From Microcoleus sp. (lineage in GTDB: Bacteria; Cyanobacteriota; Cyanobacteriia; Cyanobacteriales; Microcoleaceae), in assembly GCA_052279835.1 (NCBI GenBank), contig CP181291.1:4384001-4448000 (forward strand): a stretch of 64,000 nt of DNA, written 5' to 3'. Position numbers and translations under genes: made by a program. Below, one piece after another: positions 30,058-41,236 of the stretch. How positions within the stretch are numbered: position 1 is the stretch's first letter; each line of letters starts with the position of its first letter. The notes below the pieces were generated by a model. It saw nothing but the letters and a program-made list of their open reading frames with translations, ran no database searches and was not told where the DNA came from.

Positions 30058-32616
30058 TTAGTTTCCCACGATCACATACCACAAACTTACCATCAGACAC
30101 AAACTAGCTAAATGCTGTGGCATCAAAGATTTAAGGGAGCGCTTGGCAATTTTTTGAGTCACAAATATCGTTACTAACAATCCTACAATTAAAGTTAAGC
30201 CTTGCAAAAAACTAATCACCGCCGGATCGCCGACAAAACTCGGTAAATCCTCTCTAATTTGTCCGAAAGTGGCAAAAGTTACGGGAATCACTCGGCCGCC
30301 TTCCTGCAAACCCAATCGCCAATAGTGAGCCAAACTCCCGCCCCAGACTAGGGGTAAATAACCGTAAGCGAGGGAGACAAATGAGAGAGGTTTATAGGTT
30401 GTAAATGGCATGGTTTCTGCTTTTCCCAATTGATAAATTGCCTGCATGACTGCATAGGCACCAAGGGGAATTAGGGGCGGAATAATTAACAGCGCGATCG
30501 AAAGTCCTAAATGAGGGATAAATTGGTCTAAATTGATGCCTAGTCCTAATAAATCATTAATCTCCGGTAAGCGATGGAGATAGATCCCACCTAATAATAG
30601 AAATAAGAGGGCGACTTCATAACTGTGGGGAACATGGGTAGTCCATAATTCGATGCCGGGGGGGCGGAGATTTAATTCTACCGATCGATGGGGGCAGGCT
30701 TTTAAGCAAGTCATGCACAAGACGCAATCTTTATTATCAGTTAATTGGGCAGGATGGGAATAAATCGGACATCCATTAGTGGTTAATCCTTCTCCCAAGC
30801 CAGGCCCGCCTTTATAACACTGGTAGGTGGTACATTCAGCGGCACAGGTTCCTTGTTGGGCGCGGAGTTCGATAATTGAGAGTTTAGCAAATAAGCCATT
30901 CATGCCCCCGATTGGGCATAAATAACGACACCACAATCGTCGCTCGAAGATTAGGGAAAAAATTACTGCTCCGGCGGTGATGAGTAACAACAAACAACTG
31001 GATAAATAGGCGGTGTTTTCTAAATCCCACAACTCTTCCCACAGAAATATGAGGGTAAATAGTCCGAAGAGAAACCAACCACCCCATTTTTCAGCTTGTT
31101 GGCGCGGCCATTTATGGAGAGTTCGAGGGAAAAGTTTCAGCGACAGTTTTTGGACGATTTCCCCATAAATCATAAACGGGCAAAAAGCGCACCACAAACG
31201 CCCAATCAGGGGAAATAATAATAAAATTAAGGGCCACCACCACGCCCAAAAAATATTGAGGGCAAAATTATGTTGTCTATCTTGGGGGGCGACAAACAGG
31301 ATGATTACCACCAATGCAAATATCCAACTTGTAAACCAATAATTCACGCGATCGGGATACCAATCGCTCCGTAAAAACTGCCGAAATTTAGGATAGATAT
31401 TTAATAAATTCAGCCGAAACTTTTGTTTCTTAGTGGCCTGGGCCCAAAACACTTCTTCTGTTAATACCTGATTTCCCTGTGCTTGAACTAAAGCGCGATC
31501 GACCATTCCTTCTAATTCCCGCAAGTTCCCTGGAAAGTCGTAGGCTTGCAAACGGCGAATAGCTTCCGGCGTGACTTGGGGCTTTTCTAATTTCTTTTGG
31601 CGACAAAGGAGGTTGAGATAATAGTTAACCTGTGCCTCTAAATCTGCTTTCCTGACCCGCAATGAGGGTACTTTAATCTTATGGTATGTCAGTTTATCGA
31701 GCTGGGGTTGAACGCTTTCTGAAATTAAAATTATCCGAGCATTACTAGAACGGGGTGGCGGTGGTATTTGTCCTTCTTTGACTGTTAGTGTATAGGTTCC
31801 ATCAGTTAATAATTGCTGAATTTGAGGGCATAATTGCTCTGGTAATTCTTGGACATCATTTAAAATTAATGTCCCTTCACCCAACCATTCCAAGAGTCCC
31901 GGTTTACCGCCCAAACGCCCGAATAATTCGGCTCCATTTGTCTGAAGCAAGGCACTTTTTAGCTGAATCACTGGCTCGCTGCGGCGATGAGAACCGAAAT
32001 GAATTAAAGCGGCTAAATTATCTTTTTCTAACCCCGGTTCGCCAGAGATTAAGACGGCTCGATCGTCGCTAGATGCTGCGCGAATTTGTTGGCGCAATTT
32101 CACCGCATAACGGCTATTCCCAATTACTCCCCGTTTCGCCCTGGGTACTAGATAGCTACGGAGGGCATTTTGACGCTCTCGCTCGTAGGCGATTTCTGTT
32201 TCTAGCTGCTCTAATTTCGTCGCTAAACGTTGGGTATAGGCTTCGGTGATGGGTGGATATGTTGCGAGCAAACTGCGCCAGCGATCGGCATTAATTACCA
32301 AAAATTGACATTCTGTCCGAGCGACAATTCGACTATCGGCTGGTTGTGAACGTTGGAGGGCGGATAAATTGACGATCGCCCCTGGTAATAAACTACTAGC
32401 CCACATCAAGCCCGGTTGTTTGCGGCGGTATCGATCGGCCTGTCCTCGCTTGAGGATATAAAGATTTGTGACAGGCGTGTCTTCCAGTACCACTCGAAAT
32501 CCAGGCCCAAAGGTTGCTAGTTGTATTTCACTAGCGATCGCCTGTAAAATCTCGCGGGATAATATGCCTAATTCGGTGTTGGATTCTAGCCAGTTAATTA
32601 ATGTTTCGGTAGACAT
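30058..32616 (-). CDS. cNMP-binding + degenerate sigma54-activator AAA+ + membrane 4Fe-4S protein
   Basis: LYILKRG (cNMP), GEPGLEKD, YDFPGNLREL, then TM helices with CAFCP, CRYLCP and CVLCMTCLKACP. Confidence 0.85.
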   Translation of the reverse strand: MSTETLINWLESNTELGILSREILQAIASEIQLATFGPGFRVVLEDTPVTNLYILKRGQADRYRRKQPGLMWASSLLPGAIVNLSALQRSQPADSRIVARTECQFLVINADRWRSLLATYPPITEAYTQRLATKLEQLETEIAYERERQNALRSYLVPRAKRGVIGNSRYAVKLRQQIRAASSDDRAVLISGEPGLEKDNLAALIHFGSHRRSEPVIQLKSALLQTNGAELFGRLGGKPGLLEWLGEGTLILNDVQELPEQLCPQIQQLLTDGTYTLTVKEGQIPPPPRSSNARIILISESVQPQLDKLTYHKIKVPSLRVRKADLEAQVNYYLNLLCRQKKLEKPQVTPEAIRRLQAYDFPGNLRELEGMVDRALVQAQGNQVLTEEVFWAQATKKQKFRLNLLNIYPKFRQFLRSDWYPDRVNYWFTSWIFALVVIILFVAPQDRQHNFALNIFWAWWWPLILLLFPLIGRLWCAFCPFMIYGEIVQKLSLKLFPRTLHKWPRQQAEKWGGWFLFGLFTLIFLWEELWDLENTAYLSSCLLLLITAGAVIFSLIFERRLWCRYLCPIGGMNGLFAKLSIIELRAQQGTCAAECTTYQCYKGGPGLGEGLTTNGCPIYSHPAQLTDNKDCVLCMTCLKACPHRSVELNLRPPGIELWTTHVPHSYEVALLFLLLGGIYLHRLPEINDLLGLGINLDQFIPHLGLSIALLIIPPLIPLGAYAVMQAIYQLGKAETMPFTTYKPLSFVSLAYGYLPLVWGGSLAHYWRLGLQEGGRVIPVTFATFGQIREDLPSFVGDPAVISFLQGLTLIVGLLVTIFVTQKIAKRSLKSLMPQHLASLCLMVSLWYVIVGN

Positions 32617-32746
32617 CGCTTAGCATCGGCGAAAGCCGAATGGTGATAGCTTGCTGTCGGATCTATCATAGCTTGTAGAAGTCCTCACGGCGCGATCGCC
32701 CTAATCTCAAGCCAAGGGGCGCACCCGACGAGAATACCACGGCACA

Positions 32747-33451
32747 TTAGCCAAAAATTGTTTTCCAAGCAATAATTGACAGGGCTAAATCGGCGATCGC
32801 GTGACTGATGTAACTAGCCCAAAGCGAACGATAGGTGAGATAACACCAGGACCAAATTACCCCAGCTAGGAATACTGCTAAGGAGCCTAACATCACTCCT
32901 TGCCACTGCGTATAAGCTGCTAAAACAATGATATGATGAAGAGTAAAAAACATAGCAATCAGAAATATGGCTCCGGTTCCAGGTATGAGAATCTCACACT
33001 TTTTGTAGACAAACCAGCGCCAAATAAATTCTTCAATCAATGAGTTGATTAGGACAAAATAGCCTTGGACTATTAAAAAAAATATAGGATTGACCAGCCC
33101 CATTTGTTGCACCTTGGTTTTGGCATCACCCACATCGAGCCACTGTTGACCGAAAAGCCAGTAAGTACCCATAATTATCCCGAACATTAATAGCCCCAAA
33201 ACCATGCCAACTAACAATTCTTGATATTTGGGTGGGGATAAATGCAGTTGGTAGCGATCGCGCAAAACAGACCAGACGATGGGTAAAAATATTAGCCAAA
33301 GTCCGCCCAATACTGAAATTATGGTTCCGACTATTCCGGGAGCAATAAATAAGGACATTGCTACACCAATGCTAGCGGCAGGAACTACCAGAATTAGAGC
33401 TAATTTCGCATTTTGGCGATCGCTATGTTCGTCCATTATATTGACACCCAT
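32747..33451 (-). CDS. CPBP (CAAX/Abi) intramembrane metalloprotease
   Basis: EEFIWR, FTLHH, ISHAIAD motifs. Confidence 0.85.
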   Translation of the reverse strand: MGVNIMDEHSDRQNAKLALILVVPAASIGVAMSLFIAPGIVGTIISVLGGLWLIFLPIVWSVLRDRYQLHLSPPKYQELLVGMVLGLLMFGIIMGTYWLFGQQWLDVGDAKTKVQQMGLVNPIFFLIVQGYFVLINSLIEEFIWRWFVYKKCEILIPGTGAIFLIAMFFTLHHIIVLAAYTQWQGVMLGSLAVFLAGVIWSWCYLTYRSLWASYISHAIADLALSIIAWKTIFG

Positions 33452-33585
33452 ACAAATTCTATAATTATCAGGCGTTATAGATGCTTATTCTACCGATTTT
33501 GGAGCGACTAAATAGCCTGTTACCACATTATGAAACAGGCTATATTGCCTGCTATTATATTGTAAAACAGGCCGGAAAGTAGGTT

Positions 33586-34497
33586 CTATAATAATGAGGG
33601 ATCTTTCAATGCACCGCCAGCAATGGCAGTCAAAATCGCTACACCAAAAGCCAGCCGATACCAGACAAAAATCCAGGTATTCTGAGTTTGCAGAAATTTC
33701 ATCAACCAGGCGATGGAAATATAGGAAAATATAAAGGCTGAAATTGTTCCCACTATCAAAGCGACAACAGCACCTTCACCTACCCCTTCACCCAAAGCAC
33801 TTTTCAACTCAACTAAACCAGCCAGAGTAATTGCCGGAATTCCTAACAAGAAAGAAAACCTGGCCGCCGCCGCTCTTTCTAATCCTCTGAACAATCCTGC
33901 TGTCAGGGTAGAACCCGATCGCGAAACACCGGGAATTATTGCCATTGCTTGAGCTAATCCCATGATTATACCATCTTTGACCTCTAATTTTTCGTAATCC
34001 CGTTGACGCTTGCCTGTTTTTTCGGCTATGGCTAACAGTAACGACATGACGATGGAAGCAATGGCGATCGCCCCCAAACTCCGCAGTGGCGACTTGTCAA
34101 AATCTTTAACAAATATCTTGATTAACAGTCCAAAAACGATAATTGGTATAGTACCCAAACCAATTCCCAGGGCCATCCGAAACTCTTGGGAATCATAGTC
34201 AGAGCGTCTAATAGCCTTAAATGCACCAATAGTTATAGTTGTCAAGTCTTTCCAAAAATACAATAGCACTGCCACAATGCTGCCCAATTGAATTACACCA
34301 ACATAAGCAACACCGGGATCGCGGCCCCAAAGAGCCACTGGAACTACCTTCAAATGAGCGCTGCTGCTGATGGGCAAAAATTCAGTTAATCCTTGGACAA
34401 TTCCTAAAACAATCGCCTCAAATACACTAATTGGATCTGGTCCAGCCACATTAGCAGCCGGGGTTTGAGCGAGCATTACGTCAAGCAAAGCAATCAT
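33586..34497 (-). CDS. uppP: Undecaprenyl-diphosphate phosphatase
   Basis: QGLTEFLPISSSAH and PGVSRSGST. Confidence 0.96.
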   Translation of the reverse strand: MIALLDVMLAQTPAANVAGPDPISVFEAIVLGIVQGLTEFLPISSSAHLKVVPVALWGRDPGVAYVGVIQLGSIVAVLLYFWKDLTTITIGAFKAIRRSDYDSQEFRMALGIGLGTIPIIVFGLLIKIFVKDFDKSPLRSLGAIAIASIVMSLLLAIAEKTGKRQRDYEKLEVKDGIIMGLAQAMAIIPGVSRSGSTLTAGLFRGLERAAAARFSFLLGIPAITLAGLVELKSALGEGVGEGAVVALIVGTISAFIFSYISIAWLMKFLQTQNTWIFVWYRLAFGVAILTAIAGGALKDPSLL

Positions 34498-34686
34498 TTG
34501 TTGTCAATTCCTAATTGTCAGTTCCTATTTGAGCTGAATCTTAGTGCCGATCGCAACTAAAAACATCTTAAAATAGGTAGTCAAGAACCAATTTAACCCA
34601 CTGACCAGCATTTGCCGACATTTGCTGATAAAATTAATCGTGTTTTGCACGCTTTTTCGCCACTTTACAGCAACTGCCAACAAACT

Positions 34687-35298
34687 ATGATATTTTCCAA
34701 CTACCAAAATTTAATTGCTACTATTGCTTCTGGCAAAGGCTGGCGGCGGCGAATCTTGTCTGCTAGTCTTTTAACTGTGGCGATCGCCCTTAGCTTCATC
34801 CTATTCATTAGCCCAGCACCAGCCTACGCAACTCTCACAGACGATCGCTTCGACGGTACAATTTTTGCCCTCTATGGTGGCAACGGTTCCCTAGTCCCTC
34901 CCAAAGTCACGATCAAAGATTCTTTCAAACGCAAAAAACCAGTATTACTGGTATTTTACACTGATGATAGTAGCGACTGCAAGCAATACGCTATAGTTGT
35001 CTCTAACCTCCAGGAATTTTACGGTCGGGCAGCCGATTTTATCCCTGTATCCATCGATTCTCTTCCTGCCAAACCAGCACCAGAATTAACCAATCCGAGC
35101 CATTATTACGAAGGTTTTGTACCTCAAACAGTGATTCTCGATCAATCGGGGAAAGTTGTTTTTAATGCGAAAGGACAAGTACCTTTTGAGCAGGTAGATG
35201 ATGCCTTTAGGAAAGTATTTGACTTGCTACCTAGAGACAAATCTATCCCGTTAAAACGCCGGATTGTGAACGAACTAAATACTGAGCTATCGAAGTAG
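34687..35298 (+). CDS. Thioredoxin-fold thylakoid protein (PSI accumulation factor-like)
   Basis: Signal/TM, DDRFDGTIFALYGGNGSLVPP, FYTDDSSDCK. Confidence 0.75.
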   Translation: MIFSNYQNLIATIASGKGWRRRILSASLLTVAIALSFILFISPAPAYATLTDDRFDGTIFALYGGNGSLVPPKVTIKDSFKRKKPVLLVFYTDDSSDCKQYAIVVSNLQEFYGRAADFIPVSIDSLPAKPAPELTNPSHYYEGFVPQTVILDQSGKVVFNAKGQVPFEQVDDAFRKVFDLLPRDKSIPLKRRIVNELNTELSK

Positions 35299-35636
35299 TT
35301 ATTGGTTATTGGTTATTTGTTGTGTGTTGTTGGCAGTACCCTGAGCGAAGGGTCTAAGGGTTATGGGTTATTAGTTATTACTCAGGAATGAGCTATTAGC
35401 AGTAATCAGGAATTTGTGAGGCTCTGTCAATAACAAATAAACAACAGCCAATAACGAATAACCAACAACCAACAACGAACAACCCACAACAAAATCCTTA
35501 AACTCTCTCTTCTCTTCCTTCGCGTCAAGAGCGCCTTCGCGGTTAAATCACCTGACGATACAACTGGAATTGATCTAACAAATAACCAATCACAAATAAC
35601 CAATCACAAATAACCAATCACAAATAACCAATAACC
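35297..35636. repeat. STRR heptamer arrays (GTTATTG / CAATAAC type) with embedded dispersed repeats
   Basis: Read directly; includes tctcttccttcgcg..gccttcgcggttaa, the reverse complement of the repeat near 5680/5960. Confidence 0.8.
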
Positions 35637-35692
35637 CTTGCATCCCTAAAGCTATCAAGGCAAAATAGATGTGAACTGTTTAACCTCAAATC

Positions 35693-36754
35693 ATGACCAG
35701 AACCTTAATTCCCGTGATTCTCGCCGGCGGTAAAGGCGAACGTTTTTGGCCGCTAAGTCGCAAGCAGCGCCCCAAGCAGTTTTTGAGTCTCGATGGTAGC
35801 GGTAAGAGTTTGCTGCAAGCTACTGCTGAAAGACTATTAACATTAGGTAACGGCTGGGAAGATTTGTGGGTAGTAACATCAGAAATGTTGGCCGAGGGTG
35901 TGCGCCAACAGTTGCCGCTGCTACCTCCTGAGAATTTGCTGGCGGAACCGGAGGGGAGGGATACTGCGCCTGCGGTGGCTTGGACGGCTATAGAAACGGC
36001 TAAGCGTTACGGTGAGGATGCGGTTGTCGGGTTTTTCCCCGCGGATCACTGGATTGGGGAACCGGAGGAGTTTGAGAAGACTTTGGCTGCGGCGGCTTCT
36101 TTGGCGAAAAATCAGGATGCGATCGCCACTTTGGGAGTCAAACCGAGCTATGCTTCCACTGGTTATGGCTACATCGAACAAGGGGAGGAAATCGGCAGTT
36201 TTGGCGGTTTTCCCGCCTATCGCGTCGCCCGGTTTACCGAAAAGCCCGATCGTGCCACCGCTGAGGAATTTGTAGCCAGCGGCAAATTTAGTTGGAATGG
36301 CGGAATTTTTGTGTTTCGAGTTGGCACTGTCTTGACAGAATTGCGCAATTATGTACCGGAAATGATGGCTGCTTTGGAGGCAAAAGGGGCCCAGGCTTAC
36401 TCAGAATTGCCGAAAATTAGCATTGATTATGCGCTGATGGAAAAGACGCAAAAAGCCTGTGTTTTGCCTGTAGGATTTAGTTGGGACGATTTGGGAGATT
36501 GGAATGCGATCGCCCGTTTGCTGCAAGGAGACAAGCCGAATGTGGAATTAGCAAAACACATCGGAATTGATACGAAGGGCGCGATTTTTTATGCAGCGGA
36601 TGAGAATGAAGTCATTGTCACCATTGGTTTAGAAGATGTGGTAGTTGTCAGAGATGGCAATGTGACTTTGATTGTGAAAAAAGACAGAACCCAGGAGATT
36701 AAACAGGTAATTAAGGTATTGGGAGAAGATGAGAAATTGCAAGATTTATTGTAA
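35693..36754 (+). CDS. manC: Mannose-1-phosphate guanylyltransferase
   Basis: ILAGGKGERFWPLSR..PKQFL, EPEGRDTAPA, GYGYI, FTEKP, SIDYALME, WDDLG. Confidence 0.93.
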   Translation: MTRTLIPVILAGGKGERFWPLSRKQRPKQFLSLDGSGKSLLQATAERLLTLGNGWEDLWVVTSEMLAEGVRQQLPLLPPENLLAEPEGRDTAPAVAWTAIETAKRYGEDAVVGFFPADHWIGEPEEFEKTLAAAASLAKNQDAIATLGVKPSYASTGYGYIEQGEEIGSFGGFPAYRVARFTEKPDRATAEEFVASGKFSWNGGIFVFRVGTVLTELRNYVPEMMAALEAKGAQAYSELPKISIDYALMEKTQKACVLPVGFSWDDLGDWNAIARLLQGDKPNVELAKHIGIDTKGAIFYAADENEVIVTIGLEDVVVVRDGNVTLIVKKDRTQEIKQVIKVLGEDEKLQDLL

Positions 36755-36925
36755 GGACTGACACGACGACATCAGAAACCAAGTTTCTTAAAAATTTTTT
36801 CGTTATCTAACGCAAAAATTCTAGAAACAGGGTTTCTCGCCTGCGGGCGCGGGCAATATTTACCCTTTAGTTAGTGTTATTTTTTCAGGGTGTTATATAT
36901 AGTGTGGGGATTCTCATCTGTTTAG

Positions 36926-38005
36926 CTAAAGCTGAGTGCAACTTTTAGCAGCAGCCGCCTGTTGTCGCATCAAGTTAGCAGTGTTACAAGCAGATTGAGA
37001 CACTCTTAAATTAGATTTCCCAACGCCATGAGCCAACAACTGAGATGGTGGCTCTAAACTAATATCTTTAGGCTGTTTCTCTGCCATTTTCTTGGAAAAC
37101 TGTGGCGCTGATTCCAGAAACTTTTCGATGGGAATTCCCCAACTCGATCGCACCATTAATTCCCGCATCGGTTCACAGGGTTTCGATCCATCCTGAAACA
37201 CATAAGGATCTCCCCAAAGCGGATAAGCGTGCATTCCGTTGACAGCTACCACCTCACCAGCCAAATTCAGCACAGGACCACCGCTCATCCCTTTTTCAAT
37301 CTGATTGTCATAACCCAGTTGATAGCCATCTTCGAGGGATTTTTCAGGTATGAGCGATACTCGTCCGGTAGTGAATTTCCATCCGGCTCGATCTGACTTT
37401 TTAACTTCAGCAGGAAACCCCGCAGCATATACTTTATCCCCTTCTTTAACCATTGCAGAACTTCCCAATATACCTATTTTGTAGTCGGATTTGGTACTGG
37501 TAAATTGCAACATTGCTAAATCTTTCCCTGCAAATTGAGTTGGCAAAAATCGAGTGGCAGAGTGAATTTTACCGTCGGGAGTTTGGATGCGATAGGTTTC
37601 CCCTGACTGCAATACATGATCGTTCGTAATCACAGTATAAACTCGATCTTGCCGCTGAATGATAATCCCCGAACCCCAATTATCTCCCGAAAACACTTTC
37701 ACAGTAATTGAACGGGCTTTCTGAAACATCGCTGTTTTGGCTAAATCTTCCGCCCTCTGGGGAAGGGGTTGTTTCTGGTTCTCCCGTGACAATGGTTTGA
37801 CTGTTTTTCCCGGCAAATTTAGTGGTTGAGCCGCTAGTGAATTCACAGGGGGTTTTGTGAGTTGAACTTTCGATTCTTGAGGTTGCAGTGCTGCATCTGT
37901 GCGGACAATTTCTGTCCCAGAAAAACCTCGACTGTGTACTTGAATGGCTACTCCGGTTAAGATACCAGTAGTACAGCTAAAAATTACTAGGGAAAGCCAA
38001 TTCAT
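36926..38005 (-). CDS. Trypsin-like (S1) serine protease, exported
   Basis: Intact triad ITNDHV / DLAML / GMSGGP; hydrophobic N-terminus. Confidence 0.9.
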   Translation of the reverse strand: MNWLSLVIFSCTTGILTGVAIQVHSRGFSGTEIVRTDAALQPQESKVQLTKPPVNSLAAQPLNLPGKTVKPLSRENQKQPLPQRAEDLAKTAMFQKARSITVKVFSGDNWGSGIIIQRQDRVYTVITNDHVLQSGETYRIQTPDGKIHSATRFLPTQFAGKDLAMLQFTSTKSDYKIGILGSSAMVKEGDKVYAAGFPAEVKKSDRAGWKFTTGRVSLIPEKSLEDGYQLGYDNQIEKGMSGGPVLNLAGEVVAVNGMHAYPLWGDPYVFQDGSKPCEPMRELMVRSSWGIPIEKFLESAPQFSKKMAEKQPKDISLEPPSQLLAHGVGKSNLRVSQSACNTANLMRQQAAAAKSCTQL

Positions 38006-38101
38006 CAAAATTACATAATTTAGTTAATGGGAAGGGGGACTAAACAGAAGCATCTTGTCCCTTATTAAGGGGGGTTGGGGGGGATCAAATTCTATGCAGT
38101 C

Positions 38102-38659
38102 TTACCAAACAGGAGTATTATCAGATTGCGAATTTGGCTCACTTTCTACAGCAGCCTGTTCGAGATATTGGCTCATATCTATATAAAGACGAGATGTGCT
38201 TTCATTGAGTGGGCCTGAAGCGCGGACGCGCACAGCCATGAGACTCTTTAATACTTGATTTGGATCGCTGCCTGGTTTGAGGGTGAATAGTAATCCAGTG
38301 CAATTACCTCCTTCGCTATTGGCAATACAAATTACTTGCTGGTTGTTCATCATACCAGTCGTTAGGTAGTTCAGTTTTCCGTTTAGGAAGTATTGCTGAA
38401 ATCGGGCAGATACTTCCAGACAGCGCCTTTGCTCACTGTAGCCTGCTTCGCGGAAACGATCGGAAGTCCACCGGATCACCGATACGTCACCGCGATTAGT
38501 CTGAGCAATGGTTGCAGGAACACCGTTGCTTTGGCCGCAGACAAATGCTTTGGTTTGAAGGGCGGTTTGAGCACTAGCATAGCTCCCGATCGCACTAAAA
38601 GCAAAGGCGATCGATCCTGCTGCAACACTCAATCTCAATAGCTTGTGTTTGTTCATCAT
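38102..38659 (-). CDS. COP23-domain protein
   Basis: Signal peptide; FVCG..VPATIA..VIRW..RCLEVSARFQ..LTTG..VIC..LLFTL; ends TPVW. Confidence 0.88.
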   Translation of the reverse strand: MMNKHKLLRLSVAAGSIAFAFSAIGSYASAQTALQTKAFVCGQSNGVPATIAQTNRGDVSVIRWTSDRFREAGYSEQRRCLEVSARFQQYFLNGKLNYLTTGMMNNQQVICIANSEGGNCTGLLFTLKPGSDPNQVLKSLMAVRVRASGPLNESTSRLYIDMSQYLEQAAVESEPNSQSDNTPVW

Positions 38660-38688
38660 CAAAACTCCTGGTTTTTTTAGTTAAAAAC

Positions 38689-40465
38689 TTAATTACTAGC
38701 ACCCACCGGCGAAGTACCAGGACGGCAAATTGGTTTACCCTGAACGTAGAGGGGATCTGGTGGGCGGATGTTGCTGGCTTCATCAGTTTCGCAGACGATC
38801 GACACTGTGACAGGATTGCTATTATTAGCTGTTTCCGTCAAAAACACGGCTCCCACATAGGCTTTTTGACTGGGGTTGAGAGGAATAGCATAGTGATATG
38901 CTCCCCTAGTAGTCGTGTGAATCGCAAAGTTGAACTTCGACATGGGAAGTTGAATATTAAAGGAGCGTTGCAGCAAACTGACAGTACCAGTAAATGCACC
39001 GTTGCGCGTGCGGAAGGTTTGCTGGGCGCGAATTAAGGCTTGAAGTGCTGATTCCGCTCCCGGCGATGTAGCCTGTCGCATCGCTTGAGGTGCTGGCTGA
39101 CTAATTGGCTCTGGTTTTGGTGCAGGTGTGACCCTTGGTTGCTTAGCTTCTAGGGAGTTATTGGGTGCTGGAGCTGTTTGTGACACACTCCGGGAAGCCT
39201 GCTGTGGCTCGATTCTTGCGACTTGGTTTCTCGGTAAAGATATTCCCAGCCCGCTGTTGAGTGCCATTTGGAAGCCATCTTCATTTCCTGATGCTCCCGC
39301 GAGGGATGCTGCTTTTTGATTGTCTTCATTGGCTCCTTCGCTGTCCCCCGACTATCCGACGTACTTCGCTGCGACGGTTGTACCCAACGGGGCTGTTGGG
39401 AGCTAGGCGGATGGCTTGGGCTATGTCAGCGTTGGCACCTATGTAGTCTTTGATTTGAGCGCGGCTGACACCCCGCAGGCCGTAGGCATCTGCAAAGTTA
39501 GAATTGATTTGGATAGCTCGATCGAAGTCGGCGATCGCTTCTTTATGATTTGCCAATTGAGCGTTGCTAGCACCACGAACCCGGTGAGCTTCGGCTAATT
39601 GGGAATTGTTTTGGATAGCTTTGATCGCATTTTCTAGAGCTGCTCTGTAATTTTTTTGAGCGAAGTTAGCATAAGCTAGACCGTTGAAAACATCGGCGGA
39701 GTTTTGATTGAATCGCAGTCCTTGGCTGAAATCGGCGATCGCCCCTTGATAATTTTGCCGTTTCAGTTTTTCTTTTCCCTGTTCGGCGTAAGCTTTAGGA
39801 GCGAGTTCCACAAAGGTATTGATGGGAATTCCTAAGTTTACCCAGGCTTTAGTTATGGTATCTTCTGTGCTGCCTTCTGTACGTCCGTGAATGCCAATTA
39901 CACGGCCGCGAAGATCGAGAATTGGCCCTCCGCTCATTCCCTGACGAGTGGGGTTGGTATAGATTAATTCATACCCGTCATTTACCCGCTCGCGAGCTGA
40001 AATTTGTCCGGCTGTCATCTGACGAATTTGTCTTGTAATCGTTTCCCCTGGCTTTGGCCAACCGGAAACGTAGACTTGTTCTCCGACGGTGACTGTTTTA
40101 GAATCTCCCAATTGTGCTATCTCGTAATTGCCAGAGCTGACAAAGGGTACGATCGCCAAATCGACTCCCGGTAATTCGATAATGTTGCTGCTTTCGACTC
40201 GGAAGGAATTGCGATCGGGTGTCGTAATTTTCGATTCGCCTCCTCCCCTGGTGACGTGCTTGGCAGTCAGTACATAATAGGTACTTCCTTCCCTAGCAAT
40301 AATTATCCCTGAACCCTGAGTTTGTCCTTCAATTAATACTGTAATTTGTTCAGCAATTTTGTTGACTTGTTCGGCGGTTTGTGCTACCGCATTTTGCATC
40401 TGGACTACTGCTATGGTTGCACCGATCAGCGCTGCTGAAAGTCCGTATTTAAACTTAATTGTCAT
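38689..40465 (-). pseudogene. Trypsin-like protease + TPR + type IV pilin-like G/H domain gene split by a +1 frameshift
   Basis: Triad LTAKHV / DLAIV / GMSGGP, then TPRs. Removing one G from the G5 run (39345-39349) gives IVGDSEGANEDNQKAASL, continuing in frame into ORF 38689-39267 (LIRAQQTF..F....L..YVGAVF..IVCE). Confidence 0.8.
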
Positions 40466-40533
40466 AGGATAATCCATTTCCAATCTTAACTAATATTCTT
40501 TGATTCGGAACGACTTACTTATCGAGATCGTTA

Positions 40534-41091
40534 TCACCACAAGGGAAGCTCCGGCTCTGAGTCGTTTTTTTTGATGTTAGTGGGAGATGGGGCCATGGGC
40601 AAAATATTTCGATCGCCTGGAATGCCGACTCTTGGGGGAAACTCGTTTAGGAACAAATTCCTTTGCATATCAACAGAAACGGTTGAGGTTTTTGCAGGAG
40701 GAAATTGTGAGAGTTGACTGTCTGAACCCCAAAGAGGTGGTAATTGCTCATATGAACCACTTCCCCCAGAGGAAGTGCCACCTTGAATGATGTTGCAAAC
40801 TGCTATTGGCTCCCTACCCTCCGCAGCTTTAACGCAATCTTTTTGCAATTTTTGTGCCATTTGTTCGCATTGCGATCGAGAATTAATTCCTAAAACTTGG
40901 AAATCCTCAGATACCCACCTAATTACTGGTATATTTCCCTGGGCTGTTTGAGCTATGATTGTTGGCTCTTCATTAATTGTGCCGCAAAAAAAAGTTAATT
41001 CTTGAGCCTTGCTGACACTAATAAAACTAATTGTGTTTACCCAAGTCAATACGACAGTTGTGCAAATTGCCTGTAATAGTTTTAATTTCAC
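40534..41091 (-). CDS. Divergent/truncated COP23-domain protein
   Basis: Signal peptide; FFCG..PTIIA..VIRW..QCEQMAQKLQ; ends LPLW. Confidence 0.75.
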   Translation of the reverse strand: MKLKLLQAICTTVVLTWVNTISFISVSKAQELTFFCGTINEEPTIIAQTAQGNIPVIRWVSEDFQVLGINSRSQCEQMAQKLQKDCVKAAEGREPIAVCNIIQGGTSSGGSGSYEQLPPLWGSDSQLSQFPPAKTSTVSVDMQRNLFLNEFPPRVGIPGDRNILPMAPSPTNIKKNDSEPELPLW

Positions 41092-41236
41092 AAATCACCT
41101 CCTTCTCCCTGAACAATCCTCTCATATTTACTTACAATTTTCTAGATTTTTTTTTAAGGAAGACGGGTTTTTAAATAATTCATCTATTATCTTCCACTGG
41201 CTCCCGTCTACCCCTTAATTTTGCTAAAAAATCATC

